Assembly: GCA_951406725.2 (NCBI GenBank)
Contig: OX597814.1
Span: 29,946,001 to 30,010,000 of the forward strand
DNA: 64,000 nt
Direction: 5' to 3'
From: Octopus vulgaris
Lineage: Eukaryota
Shown: piece by piece, positions 14,267-26,870 of the stretch
Layout: every line of letters starts with the position of its first letter
Numbering within the stretch: position 1 is the first letter of the stretch
Notes under the pieces: generated by a model
The model's input: the letters and a program-made list of their open reading frames with translations, nothing else
Told to the model about the DNA's origin: nothing
The model's database searches: none
Translations under genes and position numbers: made by a program

Positions 14267-14331
14267 CTCGACAGAGTGTAAGTACCTTGAGAGAAAAGTT
14301 GGACCTAAGAAGCATCAGATGTGGTGTGCAA
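14267..14331 (+). mobile_element. Isolated internal RTE ORF2 fragment after (TA)n
   Basis: CTCGACAGAGTGTAAGTACCTTGAGAGAAAAGTTGGACCTAAGAAGCATCAG matches about 28000-28063. Confidence 0.75.
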
Positions 14332-17300
14332 AACCATGCGCCTTCACAGTGATATGATATACATTTGCATACACACACACACATATATATGTATATATAT
14401 AATACACACACGCACATATATCTCTGTTTATCAGCCAATAAATTGTATCAACTTTTATCATTAAAAAAATCATAAATTGTAAAGTTTTTTCAAGTTTTTA
14501 TAAATGTTTTCAACTATATCTTTACATCACTTATTTCATTCTTTGCACATCATCTGCTACATAGTACATATTTTAGGATAAAATGTAAAGGGTTAAGAAC
14601 CCTTCCGTCTATTACACAAATGTAACATATGCAATGAAAAGGAAATAAGCAATGATATTAAAGAGATAAAATAACAGGGAAATAAAAATATATTTTTCAT
14701 ATGTAAAATAAGGATGCAAACAGTTGTAGCGCAAAATTACATATATCAATTTTCCTTTATTTTCCCTGTACCTCCTGAAGATAGATCTCTTCAAAGTAGA
14801 CAAACAGCACATGTTCTTACAAAGGTTATGAAATATAGCTTTGTATTAGTTATGCATACATTGAAAATACTAAGTTTCAACATACAGCATTAATAAAAGC
14901 TAAGTATACACAAGTGTGTTTGTAGGAAAAATATTATGCATATATTTTTATGTTTGTACAAGTAAATTGAATAATTAACATGTTGTAAACAGTGCTATTA
15001 ACATATGTGACCTGATGGAAAGAGATACAATCATTTGATGTTTGAGTTTTGTTCAACTAAAAAACGTTCTTTGTTTTGAAGCTAACGAACAGAGAATAGA
15101 ATTCTGTTTCCGCTTTGTAATGTGTCATCTTTGAAGGAGGAACAAGAACAACTTATTTGTGGTTGTTGGGTGCTGAGTGAAGGAGAGAGAAGTTTTGATG
15201 GTGGTTCTGTTCAAAGAAAAGGAATAGTTGTTTTATATTTGTATACTGTGTAGTATTAAGGTGAAACCAAAGAGATAAGAGAGTGAGAGGGCGGGGGTCT
15301 TGAGTTTGATTGCATATAACCAAAGTGCCTGCGAAGTGCCTAGGTTCTGATTGGTCCAAATAAATTGCTAAAAATTGTGAAACACTAAAATGTCATCTGT
15401 TGCATGAGGAATTTATTGCTACAGTTATAATGTAAATACTACAAAGTTGTACAGGACATTATTTTGAACCAATACTGCTTTTGTCATTAATTACAAATCT
15501 TTACACAGCCTTCTAGTTATTTACAACACCAATTATTTGTTAATCACTGTTTTTGTATGTCAGTAGAGGTTAAATTTGTGTAAGTATGTGACTGATAGTA
15601 GATATTTGCTACTGATGATGGGCAAAGACAGAAATCATGATTTATTAATTCCACAACTGCTGATAGAGTTTTATTTCTGCTTTTTAGCACTATATGTCTA
15701 TACAGGAACCTTACAAATACTGCAGTTTTGTGGCTTTCTATAGTACGTCTATGTTAAGTAAGAAATACAGTTTGCTTTTCAAAATAATGCAGTGTAAAAC
15801 AGAAAAACATATAATATAAAAACATATAAAAACATATAATAAAAACAGAAAAACATATAATAAAAAAGATAAAGATGTAAACAAAAAGAAGTAATTTTCT
15901 TTATAAATATTTTGTAAAAAAAAAGTAAATGAATAAAAAAATAGACAGAAAATATTAAAACTTGAATTGTCAACATTTTTCAATTACACTATTCTATTGT
16001 ATACTCTCAACTGGATCGTGTAGCCTAAATTATTAGTGTCTTTAATTGTAGTCTTATAATTACACTACTTTAGTGTCTTCATTTGTGTTTGAGTGTCCTT
16101 CAGGACTGCCAGCCAATATATTCCGGTGTACTTGAGACAGATAGATTGATAAATAGACAGAGAGATAGACAGCTAAAGAACAAAAGTCAAATAAAATGCT
16201 TTAAGATATTTATTTTAGGGCCTTATGTTTCTGTATTTAAATTTTGTTGGGATCAAGTTTGTCTTTCATGTTATGGAATGTTGATAAAATAAGATGTGGT
16301 CAATTATTGACTATCATCCTTCTCCTCTACAAATTGGCCTTGTGCCTAGTCAAAAGAAATCAATACTGTTTGCTTTTCATGCTCACTTGCTCCTATTTAA
16401 CATTTACTTGTCAGATTGTCCAAATACATTTTAAAGCTGATTTAACATACAATATGAACTTGAAATTTAATGGTAAATATAAAAGTGGTTTTCAAAAGCT
16501 GATTTTTTTTTTCATAACAGCTTTTCTGTCACAGAAAAATCTGCTATGAATTTTTAAAATATTTTTTTTTTATTTTATTACAATTATTACATAAAACTTG
16601 AAAAATTTCCAATAATTATTGTTTTTAAATTGAAGAGAAAACATATTAAGAAAGAGTTGAAAATGTGAAGTTTAAGGTCAATATTTTATTGTGTTAATTA
16701 GCTAAGACAAACTGATTTTGTGTGTAAAAGTTATGTAGGAACCATTGAATATTGTCTAAGTATTGTAGCCAGTAAAGTTATTTTTGGCACTCTGTCAAGA
16801 ATCTTGCACTTCCAGTGCATTAGCTGTTCTGGCAGTCAAGATTTTATATGGAGATGTTCTTCAAAAATATTTTGTAACAAGGAAATGCTAAGAGCAGGCA
16901 CAATTCTCTTACTTAGGGTTCATAATCAATAATATGGGGGGAATCTAACAGTGATCAATAACCTGGGTCTCAAACAGATGCGAGAAATTAAGAAATCTAC
17001 TTACTTTTATGACAGAAAATTAGCTCTGTTATATGAAAGATATGTTATATAATATACATCTATCAAATAATGCTATTCTATACAGCTGTGAGACATGAAC
17101 AGTAAATGTATATTTATCTGCTATTACCATATCTGTGCAGCTGGAGTCTAAAAGAGAAAATTGATTTGGATAGGGTAAGAAAGAGAACCAAAGACAGTGA
17201 CACTTTAGTTTCTTCGTTATTTTTCTTTTCTTTTTTTTGTTTTGTTTTAAGAGAACTGTTGTGTATTGTGAGATCTTTGAGAGACTAAACTTGCTAAAGG

Positions 17301-18676
17301 AGAGATTCTAAAAGCCATGAAATCATAAGCTATTTTTTTTTATTATAGAAATGTTAGGCATGAAAACTTAAAATAATATAATAAAGTTGTTATGTCTTTG
17401 GGGTTAACATTGTGACAAATAGTGTAAGAGCCCAAACCTTACTTTGGTAACCAAAAATGGATATATCAGGTTAATTTAACCAAATTCTTCAGAAAATGTG
17501 TGGTAGAGAAGTTGTTATTAAAAGTGAAACAACCATAAAACTCTATAGAATACATTGCTAATGATTTTTATTAATTTTATTAATATAATTCTCATCCAAC
17601 ATCAAATAATGTTTTTATGAATGTAATTCTTATTTTCTACCTGCAGTTGTTTTTCTGGACGTAATTCCTATCCAATTCACAAGGATCCAATGAGCAAGGG
17701 ATTATCTCTGATTGTTGAAGCATTATAGGAGCAAAAGTGAAAACTAATCATACCCCTGGATAGGTTCTAGGCAATTGCAAGTAATTTCTCCCATGAGAAG
17801 TACTACATACCATACAGTAAATAGAAAAATCATTAGCACTAACCATAACATTATCATTGTGGTGTCCATTCTAATATTTTAGTGGACCTGGTCTTCTAGA
17901 GCCATGTACCTTGGTCTCAGATACATGCTGTGTCAGTGAAAGGATACAAACTACTGATCTTTTGATTGGTTGTTCAGTTCCCCATGGACATGATCACCCA
18001 TGTTATCACTTTTATAATACATTATATCTTCAAAGGAAAACAGAATTTATAGCCTATTTGCTGTGAAGATACTTCTGCATTGTGAAGTTTTCACACCATG
18101 AAACCCATGAATTTCATGCATTCCTCCAGATAAGATACCAATTCATTCCAAATTTTGCATATAGGAGAATTTGATCTCACTACATCAAGCAAATGAAACA
18201 CAGTCTCAGTTAAAAATAATGAAATATACCTCTCTATTGTTCCTATCATCAACTAGCTGAACTTGGGCCATTGAAAGTTAAATGTTGGAATAATACTCAT
18301 TGGACTCCTCTGATTAATAAGTGAGCAGTGATTATCCACTCTGTAATGTACTTGAAAAGTCTTCAATATTATGGCATAAAGTATTGAAGAGTGTGGTTTA
18401 ATTTTAAATTGCTTAATTCCTTTTTTAATTTTTATCTCTGAATTCAAATAGCAAGTTACCTTCAGTTATATTTGATGACACAGAACTGGTCAGCTGTATC
18501 ATTGATAACTTATACACATATTTCAACAGATATCAATGTTATTTTACTATTTATTTCACTATATTCTAAGTACAAGTCAAATGTAGTAAAAAGGTTAGGT
18601 TGACATTAATGTATCTGGAAATTGTGTTTATAAACTTTCAATCTAATTTTAGGCAAGCTAGCAAAGATGGGAAACC

Positions 18677-18907
18677 TATTTCTTTACTACCCACAAGGGG
18701 CTAAACACAGAGAGGACAAACAAGGACAGATGAACAGATTAAGTCGATTACATCGACCCCAGTGTGTAACTGGTACTTAATTTATCGACCCCGAAAGGAT
18801 GAAAGGTAAAGTCGACCTCGGCGCAATTTGAACTCAGAACGCAGCGGCGGACGAAATACCCCAAAGCATTTTGCCCGACGTGCTAACGTTTCTGCTAGCT
18901 CGCCGCC
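18677..18907 (-). mobile_element. tRNA-derived SINE family B, full length, with TSD
   Basis: Head GGCGGCGAGCTAGCAGAAACGTTAGC, B-box GAGTTCAAATT, central CCTTTCATCCTTTCGGGGTCGATAAA block. TSD AAAGATGGGAAACC at 18663-18676 and 18908-18921. Confidence 0.92.
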
Positions 18908-20837
18908 AAAGATGGGAAACCGACTGAGTTCAAATTCAATGCAAACATGTTGCTGTGCATCTCGGCTGAATATTTAATCCTAAGGGCTAGAGGTCACCCA
19001 TACTTCTAGGATTGTTATCTGCAATATACAGATGTTGTGTCTGAGTTAAGATTTATCTCGTCTGTTCAGTATCTTTTAAGTGGAGTTAAGCACCAACCAT
19101 ATGATGTAAAAACAGAAATCAAGTTATTTACTTTTACAATCTAGCTCTGTAATCCATCTTGAGCATTTTTCTTTAGTTAAATTGTTTGATGTGTCCGATT
19201 TAGTTGAGCTTTCTTGCTGGTTAGCTGTCTGGTTATTCTTAACCATTTTAGTATGAAGTAGTTCTTGATGTAAATACAAGCCTGTGGAAGTATTTGAGGG
19301 AAGCTTTGATTTTACTGTAAATTTCATGATTAAATCTTTATATTAATTCTTATTAATGTGACTTGGAAATAAAATCATTGTGACTATCCTGGGGATATTA
19401 ATAATTTTTTGCTAAAAGTATCTCTCATAAAACAAATTTATTCAAAATAATTTCATTCTTAGATTATATCTAATAACCTTACGAGTTTTAACATTATATT
19501 TAATACATTATATATATTAGTGATTTTACTTCCATTTCTTATGTAATATTTTTCTATGCTTGAGTAATATAAAAAGGTTTGCTAGACAGGAGAGACTGGT
19601 GCAGTCAATGCCCAATCTAAACATCTGTAGGTCAATGTTTTAGGAGAAAAAAGGGACAAAATCCACAGTGGGTGGATTTTGATATGAATGCCTGCAACAT
19701 AGCGAATTTTGCCAAGACACTTATGATAAACTGGTGGCATGATGTCAAAGTTATTGGTCAGTATATTCCCTAAAATTACTGTTATAAACATGTAAAACAC
19801 CTGTATGATATATAGAGAATTAGAAATTTCTATGGCCCAGTAAATACTAGCTGGAGCAGAGAAAAATACAGTGTGACATTGCCATATTATATGTTAGTTT
19901 GACATTGAAAGTAAGTTGGGGAAAAATAGGATTAAAGGTATTTTGTTACATTGAGCAAGCATATCAACTAGGAATCAATGATTGATGATTATTACTATGA
20001 TGAACTTAGTTTTTTTTTATAGGAATTCATATATTCTTCATATATTCTAACTTGATAATCCTCATAAATCAAAATGTCAATATGAATTACATAAGATCCT
20101 CTCCACTTATGTACACCTTGTCACTGTGCAACTAAATTGGGAGAATAATCTATACTTTTAGCATACTATACTTAGTTCTGTGAAAGAAGCAGTCTACTTC
20201 TCTTAAAATATATGTGTTAGATATTCCATCAAAGACCACACTTAAAACTGTAATTATTGATATCACTTCTGCTCTTCAAAAGGTAGAATTAACTTTAAAT
20301 CTCTTCATGAAGTTATTAAATCATGCTAAGGTGTATTGATTTGGTCTGTGATTGTATGGATGACAGATGGATAAGTTAACCTTTTATTGATTTATGTTAG
20401 ATGCTAGAGCATTGGACAAATGTCTGGCAGTATTTGTTCTGGCTTCTGAGTTCAAATTCTACTGAGGTCAACTTTGCCTTTCACCCTTCCGAAGCTGATG
20501 AAATAAAGTACTGGCTAATTACTAGGATGAATTTGATCAACTGACCACCTCTCTCCAAAGTTGAAGTCTTATACCTATCATAGAAAGAATTATTACCTGT
20601 GGCATTTCTTCTGGTTGTTTGCAGTAAAAATCATACTAAGATCAACTTAGTTGTTTTATCTCTCTAAAATAAAGTACTAGTCAAGTACTGGGATTAGTAG
20701 TATTGACTGATCCCTCCCCTCATAATTGCTGACTTTGTGTCTGTATTAGAAACAATTATTATAGTATCTTCTACTGTGGTCCCTGGCCAACCAGGACCTT
20801 GTGGGTGGATTTGGTAGATGGAAACTGAAAGAAGCCT

Positions 20838-21027
20838 GCTGGTGCTACATGAAAATCATCCTGTCCACTCTGTAAAGTGGTTGGCATTAGGAAGGGCATC
20901 CAACTGTAAAAACCATGCCAAAACAGACAGTGGAGCTTGGTGCAGTCCTCTGGCTTTCCAGCTCATGTCAAGCCATCCAATGCATGCCAGCATGGAAAAT
21001 GGATGTTAAATGATGATGAGGATGATG
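20838..21027 (+). mobile_element. Older RTE 3' tail, preceded by a SINE A fragment (20760-20837)
   Basis: GTGGTTGGCATTAGGAAGGGCATCC...(GAT)n. Confidence 0.75.
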
Positions 21028-21260
21028 TTGCAGTGGATTGGCAAAAACAATAAAACACAATATTTAGTTTTATGATTTAGCTTCGCTACTCTATTTTCTG
21101 AGTTTCAATCTTACTAGAAGCAACTTTTATTTTTGTTCTTCTATGGTTAATAAAATGTTGTGAGGTTGATTAAATAAGGTGCATCTCTCCTTACAAATGT
21201 GAGAATGAATCATTATGGCAATGAAGCTGAAGAAATGGTATATTACCAGACCAAATACCT

Positions 21261-21490
21261 ATTTCTTTACTACCCACAAGGGGTTAAACACAGAGGGGAC
21301 GAACAAGGACAGACAAACGGATTAAGTCGATCACATCGACCCCAGTGTTTCACTGGTACTTAATTTATCGACCCCGAAAGGATGAAAGGCAAAGTCGACC
21401 TCGGCGGAATTTGAACTCAGAAAGTAGCGACAGACGAAATACTGCTAGGCATTCCACCTGGCGTGCTAACGTTTCTGCCAGCTCGCCGCC
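21261..21490 (-). mobile_element. SINE family B, full length, with TSD
   Basis: Homologous to 18677-18907. TSD TACCAGACCAAATACCT at 21244-21260 and 21494-21510. Confidence 0.92.
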
Positions 21491-22029
21491 AAATACCAGA
21501 CCAAATACCTTGCAATTTTTATTCAGTTTCCTAGTGTCAATAAAATAAGCACTGGTTAAGTGTTGAGTTAGATTAGATTACTCCACCCTTTCTGACTAAA
21601 TTTCTGACCCTATGTTATTGTTAGTATTGCAGTTATATGGCAAAAACAGTAAATCACTGTGTTAAATATCTTACTGTGGTCTATTGTGACCATATGCCAC
21701 AGTTGGCAATCAACAACAGTTTGATCTTTATTATTATTTAGCTATTAGGTGCAGGCATGACAGTGTTGTTCAGATGGTCGCTTAGCAATCACATGGTTTG
21801 ATGCTTCTTATGCGCAATTTTTCTCTCGGGGTGCTTGCATTCTGTCATGTATGCACACTGACATTATACATCCAGTAAATCATACTAGCTTCATTTCTTT
21901 CAGTCACATGGTTTGAGGGTATTGACTATAAATGAACTGCTGCTGTAGCCTCAGGCTAACCAATGCTTTCTAAGTGGTATTGATTGATTGAAACTGCATG
22001 AACTTCATTGTGTGTGTGTGTGCATATAT

Positions 22030-22300
22030 ATCATCATTGTCATCATCATTTAACATGTTTTCCATGCTGGCATGGATTGACTGTTTGACATGTGCTGGCC
22101 AGCTGAAGAGCAGCCCAGGCTCCATGTCTGTTCTGGCATAGTTTCTAGGGTTGGATGCTCTTCCTAATGCCAACCACTTTACAGAGTGCATTGGGTGTGT
22201 TTATGTAGTACCATCACAGGTATGTTTACATGGCACTAATGTGGGTGCATTTTATGTGGCCCTAGTATGCATGAGTCCACAAGATTGGAGATCCTCAGCT
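22030..22300 (-). mobile_element. Older RTE 3' tail
   Basis: (CAT)n...TGGATGCTCTTCCTAATGCCAACCAC. Confidence 0.7.
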
Positions 22301-22380
22301 GGAGAGGGATGTAGGGAATATGACTGTATTCAAGGACAACCTTGATTTTACATAGCTATATATATATATACATATATATA

Positions 22381-22560
22381 TCTTATATAAAATCCATTCT
22401 GTCTGTGTGTGTGGCTTCAAGGATCTCAGGCATCCTCCATCCGATTGTGCTCAAATTTGATATGTAGATACCGACGGTATCAGGGCGTGTATAAGTCTTG
22501 AAAAAATGACAAAAATCGATTCCAGGTGAGAATGCGATCGATAAAGCTGTGGGAAATTGT
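22381..22560 (+). mobile_element. Probable Helitron 5' fragment
   Basis: A|TCTTATATAAAA start, (CTGT/GT)n, then CCGATTGTGCTCAAATTTG, the usual layout of non-autonomous Helitron 5' ends. No 3' CTAG end found. Confidence 0.45.
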
Positions 22561-22886
22561 TTTTCTTTGGAATAGAAAAAAGTCTATCTTTATTTCTTCT
22601 TTTGCTGGTGTCTCAAATTTAGGTTAAATCAGTGTTTCTCAAAGGGGAGGCCTATGGGACGGTTGGACAAGTTGTTTTGAGAAAATTTGGTTTAAATGTT
22701 TGACAACTCGGCACCATCCATCGGATGGGGGGGCGTTTTGCTCATCTATTATATATATACACACACAGATACACACACACACACATTTACACATGTGCGC
22801 ACACACATTTACACACGTGCGCATACACACGCACACAAGTACATGAATGAAAGCAAAGGGAACTTAACACATTTAGTTAAAGTTAC

Positions 22887-23740
22887 ATCATCATCATCAT
22901 CGTTTAACATCCATTTTCTATGCTGGCATGAGTTGGACGATTTGACTAAGGTCTGGAAAGCCAGTGGCTGCATCAGGCTCCAGTCTGATCTGGCAATGTT
23001 TCTACAGCTGGATGCCCTTCCTAATGCCAACCACTCCAAGAGTGTAGTGAGTGCTTTTTACGTGCCACTATCACAGGAGCCAATCAGGTGGGCCTGGTAT
23101 TGATCGCATTTGGATAATGCTTTTTACATGCCACCGGCACAGGAGCCAATCAGGGGGCACTGACATTGGCCACATTCAGATGCTGCTTTTTATGTACCAC
23201 TAGCACAGCAGCCAATCAGGCAGCCCTAGCATCGATCATGTTCAGATAGTGCTTTTTATGTACCACTGGCACACAAGTCAATCAGGAGTTGCTGGCCACA
23301 GCTACGATTTTGGTTTTACTTAACTCAATAGATCTCAAGCATATATCTCCCGATATATGCAACATTGGTCCATGGCTGCAATCTCACTTTAGTTGCCAGG
23401 TCTTCTCAATCACAGAATATCTCCAAAGGTCTCGGTCTCCTGTCATTGCCTCTGAGGCCCAACATTTGAAGGTCATTCTTCACCACCTCATCCCATGTCT
23501 TCCTGGGTCTACCTCTTTCACAGGTCCCTTCCACAGTTAGAGTGTGGCACTTCCTCACACTGCTGTCCTCATCCATACATAGCACATGGCCATACCAGTG
23601 CAATCATCTTTTTTGCACACCACATTTGATGCTTCTTATGTCCAACTTTTCTTTCGGGGTGCTTACATTCTGTCATGTATGCACACTGACATTACACATC
23701 CAGTGGATCATACTACATTTCTTTCAAGCCTATGCATGCC
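22887..23740 (-). mobile_element. Degenerate RTE copy with a ~66-bp UTR array and ORF2 C-terminus
   Basis: ORF 23406-23603 WYGHVLCMDED...GRPRKTWDEVVKNDL is homologous to the C-terminus of the 26871 ORF. Confidence 0.88.
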
Positions 23741-23842
23741 CTCAGCAATCATGGCCTATGTTAACTGCTGTGTTGCTTGGCAGTATGTATGCTTGTATGA
23801 CAGTGGCACTCATTTACAACTGCAACATGGTGCCAAGGCAAA

Positions 23843-23967
23843 GAGAGAGAGAGAGAGTGAGAGGGAGAAAGAGAGAGAGACACACACACACACACACACC
23901 AGGACACACACACACACACCAGGACACACACACACACACCAGGACACACACACACACACACACACAG
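23843..23967. repeat. (GA)n/(CA)n with a 20-bp higher-order unit CCAGGA(CA)n x3
   Basis: Seen directly. Confidence 0.85.
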
Positions 23968-24279
23968 AACTACCAGATCACAACTCTTTGGTTGGCTTGA
24001 GGCTAGAGCAGAAAATAGATGTCCCAAGTGCCATGTAGTGCAGCTGAATTTGGAACCAAGTCACCGGGAAGCAAACGTTTTAATTAGACAATCACACCTG
24101 TAAAGTATAAATCATGTTTTTGTAGCAAACAGTGCGGAATGGTAATCTGAAAGAGATATGTAGTGTATTAAATTTGTTAATTTAGTTTAATGATGTAAGG
24201 AAGAAAAATAGGTTAGAGTGACTGGTTTAACTTTGGAAAATATTGCATTTGTTTTACTGTCCACTTCTTCACTTCCATC

Positions 24280-24720
24280 ACCATCATCATCTCGTCGTTT
24301 AATGTCCTTCTTCCATGCTGGCATGGGTTGGATGGTTTGACTGGAGCTGGCCATACAGAAGCCAACACCAGGCTTCAGTATCTGTTTTGGCACAGTTCTT
24401 ACAGCTGGATGCCCTTCCTAACACCTACCACCCCAGAGAGTGAGCTGAGAGCTTTTTATGTGGCACCAAGCACAGGCGAGGTCAGTTTTGGCATGGTTTT
24501 TACAGCTAGATGCCCTTCCAAGTGCCAACCACTTTACTGTGTGGATTGGATGCTTTTTAAGTGGCACCTGCACTGGTAGGGTCACCAAGTAACTTTGCAA
24601 GACAAGGAATCTTTGAGAGGGGAGGAGACATTGGAGGAGATGATCTTGTGTCAGATGGTTAGACACAAAGGTTAGAGTGTGACAGAGAGACAGAAACAGA
24701 TGTCTTGCTGTAGAGGAGGT
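24280..24720 (-). mobile_element. Older RTE 3' tail variant with internal duplication
   Basis: Two TTTTGGCA...TACAGCT.GATGCCCTTCC blocks. Confidence 0.65.
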
Positions 24721-25856
24721 ACATGGTTACCTGGCCAGAGAGAGAGGGAGAGCATGTTTAATAATATGTTTCCTATTTCTTTACTGCCCACAAGGGGAGA
24801 ATAATAATATGTTTCCATGAGCTATAGGCATTCATAAAACTGGAGAGTATGACTCATTAATAGGAGTGTTAGTCTGTTATCATTAAGTTCCTGGTGATCT
24901 GGGTAGCTGCTACTGCTGTTTTTTTTTCAAATAAAGATGTTTATAATGTCAAGAGATGTTTGACACTAATTAGTATTTCTTTTTAAAATTTTCCTGTTTG
25001 ATGAATAAGCAGGTTAATTTGATTTAAGGTTCAATAAATTAAACAGAAAACAACAGTATATGATTGGCATTAAATAAACTATCCAGTCTTGTTCAATCAT
25101 GTCACTAGACCAGATAGAGTCATTAATTAATGTCTATAATTAATTCATTATCTGATCAGCTTTTATGCTTTAACATATTCAATGTTTTTGTTTTCGTTGG
25201 CTGAAAGGTTATGCCAAGAAAGAAATAATGTTGTGTATAATACCCTCTATGTTACTGACTTAGATGTCTCCATTATCTGTAGACACAAAATAGTCTTACC
25301 TTATTATCCCCAATATTTCATCTAGAACATGTATGGTCTAGACAAGACCAACAATTAATTGACATTGCTCCAAAACTTTGGTCTAGTGCACTATGTATAA
25401 TTATGATGTACATTGTTAGTGAAAATTTGTATGAGGCTTTTAAAGCCATAGCGGTAACAACAACAACAACAAAGGCAATGGAAACATTGCACCTAGTGAC
25501 TATTTCCAACCTTTTACGGTCATTGAGATTACGGTCACTAGGAAGTTTTCTTTCTTTTGTTACAGAGCCATATATTTTAGCTTTATGTTTTCATCTAATG
25601 GAAAAATAATATTCTTGAGTGACTCACACACACACATACACACACACACACACACACATGTATGTATGTAAAAATAAGTCAAGACATTTCTGCTTTTCTA
25701 TTTATGTATTTGGAACTTGTTTTATTGAAACCAACTCTTTCCATTTGCCCTGCTCGTTTCATTCAGAAAGATAAGAAACAATCTTAGTACCCATCCCTGT
25801 TAATCTGTGACTTTAAGTGCAGACTTGGCTTTGGCAATTGGTGCAGCATAGTTTGG

Positions 25857-26140
25857 CAGGGATGTCATTGTAGAATATACATGCAGAAAGTTTAGATGGG
25901 CTGGACATGTCGCCCAGCTCACCGATAATCGGTGGACCCATGCAGTTGTCGAGTGGCACCCGTGCGAGTGGAAACGATCACTTGGAGGGCTTCCACGAAG
26001 GTGGGGAACGATTTTAGGAGGGCAATTGGGATCATGTGGATGAGGAAGGTGCGATCCAGATAGGAGTGGACAGCGTGCTGTGACCAGTGGTGTCAAATGG
26101 ATGCCCGACGGACTGGTCGGTCAAGGTGATCAAGGTGATT
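25857..26140 (+). mobile_element. 3' end of a second RTE family (RTE-1-like)
   Basis: Translates to RKFRWAGHVAQLTDNRWTHAVVEWHPCEWKRSLGGLPRRW and ends in (CAAGGTGAT)2. Confidence 0.8.
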
Positions 26141-26181
26141 ATCTTTAGTCATTTCCTCTGAATCAGTACATTCTGTTTTTA

Positions 26182-26399
26182 CCCTTTCATTACCGTATTT
26201 ATTTTGAGATGCTCTGTTTTTATTTCAATTAATTTTAAATATAACTAAGAATTTAGTAAAATAACTTATTGTTAAGCTAGTGTTAGGAACATAAATTGTG
26301 ACAAAGGTTTGATGGAAGATTTTTATTCAAAACTTATGAAAACAAGACATTTGTGCTACTGAGCCAGAGGTGGTTTCAGCCGGGTTGGTATCAAAAGGG
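26182..26399. mobile_element. piggyBac-like MITE family 1
   Basis: Copy of 5518-5737, ending AAAAGGG|TTAA. Confidence 0.8.
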
Positions 26400-26609
26400 T
26401 TAAAGTGGGTCTGTATAATATATCTTTTACTGACTTTGAAACATTTGTGTACCTTACAGTGTTTCAGTTAACCAGTTTGCATTCTAGGTTCAATTCCTGT
26501 TTACTTTGGAGGTGTTACAGTGATATTACTGGAGAAATATATTTTATTTAGTCATTTTAAACTTATAGGTACAGGCTTGCTTTGTAACTATGTGGTTTCA
26601 GGATCAGTT

Positions 26610-26735
26610 CCATCATCATCATCATTGTTCGACCGTGTTCGAGACAATGGAATTTACCATGCTATACCAGACTTCACGGTCCATCATGGCATTACGGAGG
26701 TCCTGTTGCTGGATGCCTGTATCCCTGGAGATTAC
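26610..26735 (-). mobile_element. 3' end of a third RTE-type family
   Basis: Minus strand reads ISRDTGIQQQDLRNAMMDREVWYSMVNSIV, then (GAT)n with almost no UTR. Confidence 0.65.
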
Positions 26736-26837
26736 GTGGCAGCTTGGACAAATGTCATCTTTTTTAATCCCCTCAGGTTGACCAATGCTTTGCTAATGAA
26801 ATTGGTAGATGGAGACTGTGTGGAAACTTGTTGTATA

Positions 26838-26869
<32 letters not shown>

Positions 26870-26870
26870 T

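Noticed and set aside
26520-26870. N-terminal ~117 aa of the 590-aa ORF as a novel fusion domain
   Set aside because: It crosses an antisense RTE end, a SINE fragment and (TA)n, so it is chance in-frame read-through.
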